DNA of 64,000 nt from positions 3,095,387 to 3,159,386 of the forward strand of contig OY760687.1 of the NCBI GenBank assembly GCA_963663945.1, given 5' to 3'. The notes under the pieces are model-generated. The model was not told where the DNA came from, did not search any database, and saw only the letters and a list, made by a program, of their open reading frames with translations. This stretch comes from Dehalococcoidia bacterium. Its GTDB lineage: Bacteria > Chloroflexota > Dehalococcoidia > Lucifugimonadales > UBA3495. Shown here piece after piece: positions 18,429 through 28,257 of the stretch (the first letter of the stretch is position 1; each line of letters begins with the position of its first letter). A program made the position numbers and the translations under genes.

Positions 18429-19904
18429 ATGATGGACGCCACGGTCATCGGCGAGAACCCCCGTATCTGCCTCACCGGCGCCACCGGCTACGTCGGCGGC
18501 AGGTTGCTGGGCGTGCTGCAACGCCACGGCTACCGCGTTCGGTGCCTGGCGCGCCGCCCCGAAAACCTGCGGAGCCGGCTATCCGAAACCACCGAGGTTG
18601 TTCAGGGAGACCTGCTGGACCGCGCTTCCCTCGTCAAAGCGATGTGCGGCCAGGATGTGGCCTTCTACCTGGTGCACTCCATGGGATCCTCGGGAGACTT
18701 CGCCGAGGAAGAGCGACAGTGCGCCCAGAACTTTGCCGACGCCGCGCGTGAAGCCGGAATACGCCGTATCATCTACCTGGGCGGACTCGGCGCCGACGGG
18801 CCGGACCCGTCGGACCATCTGAACAGCCGGCGACGTGTGGGCGACATCCTCCGGGGATCCGGCGTCCCGGTTATTGAGTTTCGCGCCTCCATCATAATCG
18901 GGTCGGGTAGCGTTTCCTTCGAGATGGTGCGGGCCCTGGTGGAGAGGCTCCCGGTCATGATCACGCCACGATGGGTATCGGTCGCCGCGCAACCCATCGC
19001 GATCAACGACCTGCTGGAATACCTGCACCGCGCCATCGCCCTGCCGGTGGATGGCCACCGCGTGTTCGAGATCGGCGGCGCGGACGTGGTGTCCTACGGT
19101 GAGTTGATGCGGGAGTACGCCCGATTGCGGGGCCTGCGCCGGGTGATGCTCCCGGTGCCGATCCTCACGCCACGCCTGTCTAGCCTGTGGCTGGGCCTGG
19201 TGACGCCGCTGTACGCTCGGGTCGGGCGCAAGCTCATCGACAGCCTCCGCAACGCCAGCGTAGTAACCGATCCGGCCGCCTCCGAGGCATTCCCCATCCG
19301 TCCCATGGGCGTCAGCGACGCCATCACGGCGGCCATGCGCAACGAAGACCAGGAGGTCGCCGAGACCAGATGGTCCGACGCGCTGTCATCGGCCGGCAAG
19401 GCAAAGAGTTGGGGCGGCGTCCGTTTCGGCACGCGCCTGGTGGACCGGCGTTCCGTGGTCGTGCCTGCCGCGCCAAATGAAGCCTTTACGCCGGTCCAGC
19501 GCATCGGCGGCGATGCCGGCTGGTATTTCGGCAACGCCCTGTGGCGCGCCCGTGGTTTCATGGATCTGCTCGTGGGTGGAGTCGGCGTGCGCCGGGGACG
19601 ACGCGACCCGTCCGACATGGCCGTGGGCGACGCCATTGACTGGTGGCGGGTGGAAAAATACGAACCGGGCCGCATGGTCCGGTTCTGCGCGGAAATGAAA
19701 TTGCCCGGCCGGGCGTGGCTGCAGTTCGAGGTCACCCCGTCGGAGGACGGCACAGGTTCGGTGATTCACCAGACCGCCGAGTTCGACCCGGTGGGTTTGG
19801 GCGGTTTGGTGTACTGGTATGCGATTTGGCCGGTACACGCCGCAGTGTTCCGGGGAATGATTCGCGGCATCGCGAGGGCGGCGCTCCAATCGGACGCAGA
19901 GTAG
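18429..19904 (+). CDS. NmrA/atypical-SDR domain fused to a DUF2867-like C-terminal domain
   Basis: CLTGATGYVGG Rossmann start, with a C-terminal WWRVE...GRAWLQFEV block. Confidence 0.75.
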   Translation: MMDATVIGENPRICLTGATGYVGGRLLGVLQRHGYRVRCLARRPENLRSRLSETTEVVQGDLLDRASLVKAMCGQDVAFYLVHSMGSSGDFAEEERQCAQNFADAAREAGIRRIIYLGGLGADGPDPSDHLNSRRRVGDILRGSGVPVIEFRASIIIGSGSVSFEMVRALVERLPVMITPRWVSVAAQPIAINDLLEYLHRAIALPVDGHRVFEIGGADVVSYGELMREYARLRGLRRVMLPVPILTPRLSSLWLGLVTPLYARVGRKLIDSLRNASVVTDPAASEAFPIRPMGVSDAITAAMRNEDQEVAETRWSDALSSAGKAKSWGGVRFGTRLVDRRSVVVPAAPNEAFTPVQRIGGDAGWYFGNALWRARGFMDLLVGGVGVRRGRRDPSDMAVGDAIDWWRVEKYEPGRMVRFCAEMKLPGRAWLQFEVTPSEDGTGSVIHQTAEFDPVGLGGLVYWYAIWPVHAAVFRGMIRGIARAALQSDAE

Positions 19905-19941
19905 GATTCGATATGGACTGCGGGTTTATGGGCCGGGTCAC

Positions 19942-20499
19942 TTACACCTCAAAGATATCCCGCACCGGGCAGGTGAAGCCCGGCAGCACGTCACCGCCGT
20001 CCAGCGTGTCGGCCTCCGTTAACGTCCGCGTCGGTCCGGACTGAGGCAACGCCGTAATCGTTCGCGCCTCCGGGTCGGTTAGCCAGACCAGACGGACGCC
20101 GTGGCGCAGCCACATTTGAGCTTTGTCGAACACGGGAATCGGCCTGTCGTTGGGGGACACTATCTCGACTACCAGGTCGGGAACCACCTGAGCATACCGT
20201 CGCTCACGCACATCCAGAGGCATCCGCTCGGCGGATATGAACGCCACGTCCGGCTCCCGAACCGTGTCCGGGCCACGCTCCAGCTGCACGCCGGTATCTG
20301 AGCCGAATACTCGGCCCAACCGGCGCTCCTTCACAAATGATCCCAACAATATTCCCCAATTTATCGCGATTTGGCCGTGTTCCAGTCCGCTCGACACCTT
20401 CTTGTGCAGCACCCCCCTAATCAACTCGCCCTTCACCCCTTCGCTGTGCAGTCGCAGCAGGTCGTCGGCGGTCAGCAGTTGTGGTTTGGTTGTCGTCAT
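19942..20499 (-). CDS. Uma2-family (DUF820) endonuclease
   Basis: Pattern EL(I)xG..., PDVAF(I)..., PDLVVEIVSP typical of Uma2. Confidence 0.85.
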   Translation of the reverse strand: MTTTKPQLLTADDLLRLHSEGVKGELIRGVLHKKVSSGLEHGQIAINWGILLGSFVKERRLGRVFGSDTGVQLERGPDTVREPDVAFISAERMPLDVRERRYAQVVPDLVVEIVSPNDRPIPVFDKAQMWLRHGVRLVWLTDPEARTITALPQSGPTRTLTEADTLDGGDVLPGFTCPVRDIFEV

Positions 20500-20626
20500 A
20501 ACCTTGCCCCTTCAAAATGAAACGGGTGTACCTGGCGAGGATGGTGCGATTATACCAACTGGGCCGCTGTGAACCCGCACCTATATGTCGCCCCATGGCC
20601 CGGCGCCAGGCCAATACCGTTCCCTA

Positions 20627-20635
20627 TGCTAAAAT
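20627..20635 (+). promoter_or_regulatory. Extended -10 (TGcTAAAAT)
   Basis: 55 nt upstream of ATG 20690. Confidence 0.4.
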
Positions 20636-20689
20636 CCGCCCGGTTGCGCACTTCTGCAACTCTCATCCCCTCAAGGAGCGACACCCAGT

Positions 20690-22243
20690 ATGCAGTACGA
20701 CTACATCGTGGTCGGCGGCGGTTCCGCCGGCTGTGTCATGGCCACCCGCCTTTCCGAGATGACCGACAAGTCAGTGATCCTGCTGGAGGCCGGCCCCGAC
20801 TATCCTGACTTCGAGCATCTGCCCGAGGACCTGAAACAGGGCAACAACACCTGGCTTTCCGCCTACGGCCCGCACAGCTGGGACCTGCGCGGGCGCGCCA
20901 ACCCGATGCAGGATGAGCCCATGGTCATCCCGCGCGGCAAGGCCATGGGCGGATCGTCGTCCATCAACGGCCAGGTGGTCTTCCGTGGCATCCCAGAGGA
21001 CTATGACCTGTGGGCCGAGTGGGGCAACGACGAGTGGAAATTCACCGACTGCCTGCCCTTCTTCCGCAAGTTCGAGAACGACTGGGACTACAGCGGCGAC
21101 GACTTCCATGGCTCCGAGGGTCCGCTGCCGGTGCGCCGGCCCAAGCGCCAGGACTGGCTGCCCTTCAATACGGCCTTCTACGACGCCTGCGTCCGCCTGG
21201 GCATCCCCGAGCACCCCGACCAGAACGCGCCCGACTGTTATACCGCCGTCTCGCCGCGGCCGATGAACAACATCGACGGCGTGCGGATGAGCACCTCGTT
21301 GACCTTCCTCAGCACCGCCCGCCACCGGCTCAACCTGACCGTGCGCGGCAACATCCACGCTCGCCGTGTCGTGCTGGATGGAAACAAGGCCGTGGGCGTC
21401 GAGGTGGAGAGCGGCGGTGAGATCTTCACCGTCGAGGGCAGGGAGATCGTCCTATGCAGCGGCACCATCGGCTCTGCGCAGATGCTGCTCCTGTCGGGCA
21501 TCGGGCCCGCCGATCACCTGCGGGAGATGGGCATCCCGGTAAACCACGAACTGCCCGGCGTCGGCATGAACTTCCGCGACCATCCCGCCGCCTACATCCT
21601 GTTCCGCGGCGAAGGCGAGGAGCCTGACACCTTCGCGCCCAACATCCAGGTGGGCCTGCGCTGGAGCGCCGACGACTCGCCGACCAAGTCCGACTTCCAG
21701 ATCACTCCGACGCTGATGACCAGCGAGCACCGGCCCTCGAGCATCAGCTATGACGGCTCCGGCTTCCACTTCGGCCTGAGCGTAGGGCTGCAGAACGCCT
21801 TGGGAGCCGGCCGTCTCTCGCTGCAATCCACCGACCCGGCGGTGCAGCCAGACCTGGATTACCAGTTGTTCAGCGATCCCTACGACCGCCAGCGCATGCG
21901 CCAGGCCATCCGCAAGGCCTTGGAAATCGCCGAAGAGTCGCCTTTCAAGGACTTCATCGTCGAGCGCCTCAATCCGGTGGATGCCGACCTCGTCAGCGAC
22001 GATGCCCTGGACAACTGGATACTGCGCAACGCCTACACCCAGCACCACATCGCCGGCACCTGCAAGATGGGCCCTGCCAGCGACCCCATGGCCGTGGTCA
22101 GCCAGCACGGCCAGGTCCACGGCATCGAGGGCCTGCGCGTCGCCGACGCCTCCGTCATGCCCGACGTGATCCGCGCCAACACCAACGCCACCACCATCAT
22201 GATAAGCGAGCGCGTGTCGGAGTTCATCAAGGCGGACACCTAA
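20690..22243 (+). CDS. GMC-family FAD oxidoreductase (choline dehydrogenase-like)
   Basis: YDYIVVGGGSAGCV N-terminus and a HIAGTCKMGP active-site region. Confidence 0.9.
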   Translation: MQYDYIVVGGGSAGCVMATRLSEMTDKSVILLEAGPDYPDFEHLPEDLKQGNNTWLSAYGPHSWDLRGRANPMQDEPMVIPRGKAMGGSSSINGQVVFRGIPEDYDLWAEWGNDEWKFTDCLPFFRKFENDWDYSGDDFHGSEGPLPVRRPKRQDWLPFNTAFYDACVRLGIPEHPDQNAPDCYTAVSPRPMNNIDGVRMSTSLTFLSTARHRLNLTVRGNIHARRVVLDGNKAVGVEVESGGEIFTVEGREIVLCSGTIGSAQMLLLSGIGPADHLREMGIPVNHELPGVGMNFRDHPAAYILFRGEGEEPDTFAPNIQVGLRWSADDSPTKSDFQITPTLMTSEHRPSSISYDGSGFHFGLSVGLQNALGAGRLSLQSTDPAVQPDLDYQLFSDPYDRQRMRQAIRKALEIAEESPFKDFIVERLNPVDADLVSDDALDNWILRNAYTQHHIAGTCKMGPASDPMAVVSQHGQVHGIEGLRVADASVMPDVIRANTNATTIMISERVSEFIKADT

Positions 22244-22579
22244 CTTTCGCCGAACAAACCATCCAGAAACAGCCGGCCACAAGCCTTTACGTTCGCCTCC
22301 CCTGACGGTAAAGATCCAATGTGCCAAGTCTTCTATTGATCGGACACATTCTGAATAAAGAACGGTCAGTACAAGCATTCCGTCATTCGCCGGCATTTGT
22401 GGTCTTTATAGACAGATCAAAGCCAGCGTATCTCGCGTTGCAATCCGCTATTCTCGCGGAGGGCAAAACCGTGCACGCGTTTCCGCAGATCGATCTCGAG
22501 TTTCGATTTCGATCCACGGTCCACCCAGTCCGCTTGCACCACATTTCCATTCCATGCCTGCGTCCGCATCAGCAGCTAT

Positions 22580-23341
22580 TTATCCCGAGGGTTCTCCGTC
22601 CGGAGGTCCGCCTTGTTTCGGCTCTTCTTTCTTGCGATCCTCGCGCCACTCGATTACCAGAATCAGCGCAAACAACCCTCCGATCATGATCACGACAGAT
22701 CCCGCGAAATATGCACCCGCTCTAGTGAGTTGCACGAGTGGACTTCCCATGAACACTCGCTTCAGGAATCCGATATTTTCGGCGGACAATGTTCGCTCGA
22801 CCACGCTTATTTGACCGAGACCGACGATTTTTCCAATCGGCGATACCGATGGGTCATGGTTTTTGGAGTGCAGCAACAATACTTCTATCGTAAAAGACTG
22901 ACCTTTCTCGAAAATGATTTTCGGGAAAGTTACCATGTCAGGCCCGGTACGTTGAAGCATCACCTGGGACTTCAGATAATCCGTGCTCGCTGCTATCAAG
23001 CGAGCTTCAATCACATCACCTCCTAGGAATTGGATACCCCATTCGTTGTTTTGGTCAAAATCCCCTGCGCGGATGTTGGTTGAGCCTGAATTTTCTACGA
23101 TAATCGTCATTATGCGCAAATTGCGGCCCTGCTGTTGAAGATCTTGACCCCGGAAAACAATGCCCAGATCCTCCACTGGCCTGTGCAAATCTAGGATGTC
23201 GGTCTCTGCAATTTTCGTGAATGTGACTCCGGGATGTGGTTCTTGTAGTGCCAAATACGCAAGGAACGCGCTAAAAACGGTGATCGCCAACGATGTGACG
23301 ACGAGCAGGTCACGCCAAGAAGCGCGCTTTAGAATTGACAT
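22580..23341 (-). CDS. Orphan membrane protein (N- and C-terminal TM helices, charged tail) in a low-GC islet
   Basis: 253 aa ORF. The surrounding DNA (about 22250-23500) is visibly more AT-rich than its flanks. No recognisable family. Confidence 0.55.
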   Translation of the reverse strand: MSILKRASWRDLLVVTSLAITVFSAFLAYLALQEPHPGVTFTKIAETDILDLHRPVEDLGIVFRGQDLQQQGRNLRIMTIIVENSGSTNIRAGDFDQNNEWGIQFLGGDVIEARLIAASTDYLKSQVMLQRTGPDMVTFPKIIFEKGQSFTIEVLLLHSKNHDPSVSPIGKIVGLGQISVVERTLSAENIGFLKRVFMGSPLVQLTRAGAYFAGSVVIMIGGLFALILVIEWREDRKKEEPKQGGPPDGEPSG

Positions 23342-23611
23342 TGGATACTCCCGGGGAAGTTTGAGTTATAGCTACGAACGTATGCGCAATCTTCGCGGTC
23401 TATGCTTGAATTAGGGCGAAGAATGCGAGGCTAGTATGGCCTTTGTGCGACGAAGCAAGTCCCACTTTTTGCATTATAATCGCAGGGCAACCGCGTGGAC
23501 CAAGTGCACAATGGCGGGCACGTTGTGTCGATGCACACGTCTATGTGTTCACTGCGGATGCCAGTCTCTGCATGCTCCATCTTCCTAAATAAACTTGCGA
23601 CCCACGACACC

Positions 23612-24742
23612 ATGCAATTCGAAACCATCGCCGCCCAGGCGGCCCACCAGATCGACGCGGCGACCGGCGCCGTCGCCCCTCCCATCTACCTCTCTACCAC
23701 CTTCGAGCGGGATCCCGACGGCGAGTATTCGCGCGGTTTCGTCTACTCCCGCGTCGACAACCCCAACCGCCGTGCCCTGGAGCAGTGCCTCGCCCTGCTG
23801 GAGGGCGGGGAGGCGGGACACGCCGAGGCATCAGCCTTCGCCTCCGGTTCGGCGGCCACGGCCGCGGTTTTCCATGCCCTCGCCCCGGGCGACCACGTTA
23901 TCGCACCGGACGACTGTTACCACGGCACGTCGAAGATGCTGCGGGAGATTTTCGCTCCCTGGGGCCTGCAAACCAGCTTTGTCGACATGACCGACGTGGA
24001 TTCCGTTCTCGAGGCCGTGCGGCCCAACACCCGCCTCGTCTGGGTCGAAACCCCATCCAACCCGCTACTCAAGATCACTGACATTGCGCAGATGGCCGAA
24101 ATCGCGAAATCCGCCGGCGCGCTGTGCGCCTGCGACAACACCTGGGCCAGTCCCATGCTGCAGCGTCCCTTCGAATCCGGCGCGGACCTTGTGGTGCACT
24201 CAACCACCAAGTATCTCGGCGGACATGAGGACGTGACCGGCGGCGCGGTGGTCGGTCGCGAGGACTCCGACATCTTCCAGCGGGTCCGCCTGATCCAGAA
24301 CCTGTGCGGCGCAGTGCCGTCGCCATTCGACTGCTGGCTCACGCTGCGCGGCATCCGCACGCTTCCGGCGCGAATGCCGATGCATTCCACCAACGCCGGA
24401 CGGTTGGCCCGCTTCCTGCAGGACAACCCAAGGGTGTCGGCGGTGCACTATCCGGGGCTCCCGGACCATCCGGGCCACGACATCGCTGCGCGGCAGATGT
24501 CCGACTTCGGCGGGATGCTGTCATTCCAGGTTGCCGGCGGCAGGGACGCCGCAATGGACGTGGCGGCCAGGGTCCGGCTGTTCGTGCGCGCAACCAGCCT
24601 CGGCGGCACGCAGAGCCTCATCGAACACCGGGCATCCATCGAAGGGCCGGACAGTCCCACGCCGGACGACCTGTTGCGAGTGTCCGTCGGCCTGGAGAAC
24701 GTGGACGACCTGATCGCCGACCTGGCGCAGGCTCTGGGCTGA
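23612..24742 (+). CDS. Cys/Met-metabolism PLP enzyme (cystathionine gamma-synthase/beta-lyase family)
   Basis: PPIYLSTTF and the STTKYLGGH PLP-lysine motif. ATG 23612 is an internal Met of the track ORF. Confidence 0.85.
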   Translation: MQFETIAAQAAHQIDAATGAVAPPIYLSTTFERDPDGEYSRGFVYSRVDNPNRRALEQCLALLEGGEAGHAEASAFASGSAATAAVFHALAPGDHVIAPDDCYHGTSKMLREIFAPWGLQTSFVDMTDVDSVLEAVRPNTRLVWVETPSNPLLKITDIAQMAEIAKSAGALCACDNTWASPMLQRPFESGADLVVHSTTKYLGGHEDVTGGAVVGREDSDIFQRVRLIQNLCGAVPSPFDCWLTLRGIRTLPARMPMHSTNAGRLARFLQDNPRVSAVHYPGLPDHPGHDIAARQMSDFGGMLSFQVAGGRDAAMDVAARVRLFVRATSLGGTQSLIEHRASIEGPDSPTPDDLLRVSVGLENVDDLIADLAQALG

Positions 24743-24922
24743 CCCACCGCCCGGCCGGGACCGGCCATGTGGTACTATCCGCATGGTTACCGACCGACGG
24801 CGATTTTGCTCGTGAGAGTCGATACGCCCTCGGGAAGAGAAGTGCCGAATCGCCGCCACACAGAGTACGGTGCCGATTGACGAGGCAACGAGCGTACCTG
24901 CGCACCACTCAGGAGGCTGACC

Positions 24923-26374
24923 ATGTTTGACTTGCTGATCACCGGTGGAACCGTTGTATTGCCAACCGAAGCAGCCTCCGTGGACGTCGGCGTGCAGGAT
25001 GGGCGCATCGTCGCCATCGGCGCGCCGGGAACCCTCGTTGACGAGGCGGTGCAGACCATCGACGCCACCGGGCGGATCGTCACTCCCGGCGGCATTGAGC
25101 CTCATATCCACGCCGCCGCCAACGTCCAGCCCGGCGTGCATCAGCAGGTGGCGGGCGTGCCCAACGCCGGCCCGATCGACCACTCCCTGGGCGCAATCTG
25201 GGGCGGCACCACCACCGTGGTCGACTTCGCGCCGGCTCCCAACGAAGGGGAACTGGTTGGCGGCATCCTCGATTTTCTGTCGGTTTGGGAAGGGAATACC
25301 TACGCCGACTATTCGGCCCACGTCATCTATCGGACCAGCAATACCGCTGACAGCATCGCCCGCGTTGGCGAGCTGATCAACAACGACTTCCCCAGCGTGA
25401 AGATCTTCACCACCAACATCCGACCGCCTGCGGACCCGCCCCTCAGCCTCACCCCCACCGGACGCATCGACAACGGCCGTCTCGCCGACCTCACCGCCCA
25501 ACTGGCCCGCCACGACGGCGTGCTGGCGGTTCATGCCGAGGACGATGAGATCGTCATGTACAACTACCTGCTGGCTCAGCAGCGCGGCATGTGGGACTGG
25601 TACAACGCCCACCTCATTCACTCCAAGGAAGTGGAGGACGTGGCCTTCCGCGACGTGATCCGCATTGCCGAGCAGAACGGCGCCGGCATGTACTTCGTCC
25701 ACGTCACCGGCAGCGACGGCGTCAACGCCGTGGCCGCCGCCCGCAGTCGTGGTCAGGCGGTATACGGCGAGGTGCTCACTCTTGCCCTGTCCTTCAACGC
25801 CTTCCAGTACCGCGAGCCCGACGGCATGAAGTACCACACCTACCCCTCGCTGAAGTATCCCGAAGACGGCAGCGACCTGTGGAGCGGCCTGATGGGAAAC
25901 AACCTCACCTTCACCGCCACCGACAGCAGCTTCACCACCTACCTGGACAAGACCGCCGGCCTCAACGTGCAGGACATGCGCGGCGGCAACATCGGCATCG
26001 AGATCCGCATGGGCGTCAACTACACCGAAGCCGTGGTCCGGCGGGGAATGCCCCTGACCCAGTTCGCCAACATCACCGCCACCAACGCCGCCCGCCTGCT
26101 GGGAATGTACCCGCAGAAGGGCGTCATCGCCCCCGGCAGCGACGCCGACTTCGCCATCATAGACCCCACCATCCACAAGCGGCTCACCATGGACGACCTG
26201 CATCTGCGCGACTACAGCCCGTGGGAGGGCTGGGAAATCCTCGGCTGGCCGACCACGGTCATCCTGCGCGGCAAGGTGATGGTCGACAACGGGGAACTGC
26301 TGGGCACTCCCGACGACGGCCAGCGCGTCCGCCGCCGGATCGACCCGGCGGTACTCCAACGCCCGGCATTTTAG
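24923..26374 (+). CDS. Dihydropyrimidinase/hydantoinase-like cyclic amidohydrolase
   Basis: IEPHIH metal motif, SVKIF carbamyl-lysine context, GSDADFAIIDP. GGAGG RBS. Confidence 0.8.
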   Translation: MFDLLITGGTVVLPTEAASVDVGVQDGRIVAIGAPGTLVDEAVQTIDATGRIVTPGGIEPHIHAAANVQPGVHQQVAGVPNAGPIDHSLGAIWGGTTTVVDFAPAPNEGELVGGILDFLSVWEGNTYADYSAHVIYRTSNTADSIARVGELINNDFPSVKIFTTNIRPPADPPLSLTPTGRIDNGRLADLTAQLARHDGVLAVHAEDDEIVMYNYLLAQQRGMWDWYNAHLIHSKEVEDVAFRDVIRIAEQNGAGMYFVHVTGSDGVNAVAAARSRGQAVYGEVLTLALSFNAFQYREPDGMKYHTYPSLKYPEDGSDLWSGLMGNNLTFTATDSSFTTYLDKTAGLNVQDMRGGNIGIEIRMGVNYTEAVVRRGMPLTQFANITATNAARLLGMYPQKGVIAPGSDADFAIIDPTIHKRLTMDDLHLRDYSPWEGWEILGWPTTVILRGKVMVDNGELLGTPDDGQRVRRRIDPAVLQRPAF

Positions 26375-26440
26375 ACCGACCAACACCGAAAGCCGTCCCC
26401 ACCGGGTCAGCCCGGCCCACCGGAGGGTGTCGCTGCCACC

Positions 26441-27916
26441 ATGGCAAACGACACACAGGACAACGTTCTATTCTGCCGGTTCTGCGGCCACCTTAACCGG
26501 GCAACCGAGCAGGGCGAAGTCGAAGCTGCCGGCGGCCGCTGCGCCCGCTGCGGCGCGTTCTCGGGTCTGGAGACGATAGCCGAATCGGAAGCCCTTGAAC
26601 GCTCCCGGCGCATCCGGCTGGACTTCCTGCGCAGCCGACTGGTGCGTCTCACCTTGATCGTGCTGCCCGTCCTCGGCCTGGTCATATGGGTCCTGTGGGA
26701 ATACACCGGTCTCCCGCCGGACCCGCCCGCTCCATCAACCCGGATCGGCGACACATCAGCCCCCATACCCCCGGGCGACTGGCCACAGGCCGGCCGCAAC
26801 GCGACCAACCGGGCCTCCGCCGGCGCCCTCGCTCTGCCACCCGAAACGGCACCCCAGACCGCGTGGAAATACATCGCCGGCGCGCCCATAGTTTCCCCGC
26901 CAGCCGTCTCCGGCGATCGCGTATATCTGACCGACGAGGCCGGAAACTTGACAGCGCTGGATCGCCGAACCGGAAACCTCCTCTGGCAGTACGACTCACG
27001 CCTGCCCGCAGGAGTGACCCCGGCGGTGGCGGACGACCTCGTGTTCGTCGTATTCCGCCCCGGCCTCGTGTCGGCGCTTGAGGCAGAAACCGGCGAGGTC
27101 GTGTGGTCGAAGCGACTGCGGACCGCCTCGCTGCCGTCTCCCACCATCGCCGACGGCCGGCTGTATGTGGCCGAAAGCGACAAGAACCGCCTGCTCGCCC
27201 TGGACGCCGCCAACGGCAAAACCCTGTGGCAGTACCGCCTTGGAGACTGGACCATCGCGCCGCCGGCGGTCATCGATGGCAAGGTGATCGCCACGGCCAA
27301 CGACGCCAACGTGCACGTTATCGACGCCGAAACCGGGCGCCGGCGCATGATCTACGACGCTGGCCGGTCTCGCTGGGTGCGCGGCGGCCCCATCGCCACC
27401 GACGACCTGTTCCATTTCAGCAGTTTCAACGGGCGGATTTGGGGTATCGACTACCAGGGCCACCGGTATCCGCTGGAGCGGCAGATCCTTTATTTCAAGA
27501 CGCTGATGTGGTTGTGGGGTTTCACGAATCAGGGACCGGTCCAGCAGGGATTGGCCTGGTCATCCTGGAGTGTCGACGACCAGCCCTACCAGCCGGCGCT
27601 GTCCGGCACGACCCTGATCGTCGCCGACGCTGTGGGCCCGGTCACCGCGCTGGATTCCGGCGACGGCACAATCCTCTGGGAGATCGACGTGGGCGCGGAC
27701 ATCACGGCCCCAGCAACCACCGCCGGGCCCATTGCGTTGGTGGGCGATGAGCGGGGTCGCCTGACCGCTCTTTCCATCGCCGACGGTTCGACCGCATGGG
27801 AAACGCAACTGGACGATCCCATAACGGCGTCCGCTATCGTGGCCGGCGGCATGGTGCTGGTCCCCACTGCGGCCAACGGCGGAACCCTGGTCGCATTGGC
27901 GGCGAACCCCGAGTAA
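26441..27916 (+). CDS. PQQ-like beta-propeller (BamB-like) with N-terminal zinc ribbon and one TM helix
   Basis: CRFC...CARC zinc-ribbon pattern and a TM helix (LTLIVLPVLGLVIWVLW). Repeated blades (LTALD..TG..LWQY and similar). Confidence 0.75.
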   Translation: MANDTQDNVLFCRFCGHLNRATEQGEVEAAGGRCARCGAFSGLETIAESEALERSRRIRLDFLRSRLVRLTLIVLPVLGLVIWVLWEYTGLPPDPPAPSTRIGDTSAPIPPGDWPQAGRNATNRASAGALALPPETAPQTAWKYIAGAPIVSPPAVSGDRVYLTDEAGNLTALDRRTGNLLWQYDSRLPAGVTPAVADDLVFVVFRPGLVSALEAETGEVVWSKRLRTASLPSPTIADGRLYVAESDKNRLLALDAANGKTLWQYRLGDWTIAPPAVIDGKVIATANDANVHVIDAETGRRRMIYDAGRSRWVRGGPIATDDLFHFSSFNGRIWGIDYQGHRYPLERQILYFKTLMWLWGFTNQGPVQQGLAWSSWSVDDQPYQPALSGTTLIVADAVGPVTALDSGDGTILWEIDVGADITAPATTAGPIALVGDERGRLTALSIADGSTAWETQLDDPITASAIVAGGMVLVPTAANGGTLVALAANPE

Positions 27917-27941
27917 GCGCGCAACCGACTTTGCCTTCGAA

Positions 27942-27967
27942 AGGGGCGCCCACCGGTGGGCGCCCCT
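27942..27967 (+). terminator. Terminator-like perfect palindrome
   Basis: aggggcgcccacc / ggtgggcgcccct, followed by CCTGATTT. Confidence 0.6.
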
Positions 27968-28257
27968 CCTGATTTAAGCACCGCGCCGCAGCGATTTCGC
28001 GCGCCGCATCGCTTGGATTGTGCGGTATTTCACAATAAAAACTATTGATTTCGTTGATATTGACATGCCAACTACATAACGGAATTCGTCTTTACATAGC
28101 ACTTGGCAGCGTATTAGGCTTGCCCGATACATCCTGATATCAAGATTCGGTTCGGCATTTGGACTATATGAGCACGTATCTGTAAACGAGATGACTGGCA
28201 ATGATCGGGTTTCCACCCAGCCAGCTGCCTGTCGCAGCGCACACGGAGGTTAGCATC

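Noticed and set aside
23480-23611. Possible SAM/methionine riboswitch in the roughly 130-nt leader of the cystathionine-synthase-like gene, downstream of a TATAAT box.
   Set aside because: I could not recognise SAM-I, SAM-II or SAM-IV consensus elements by eye, and only short weak hairpins are present. An Rfam scan is needed.
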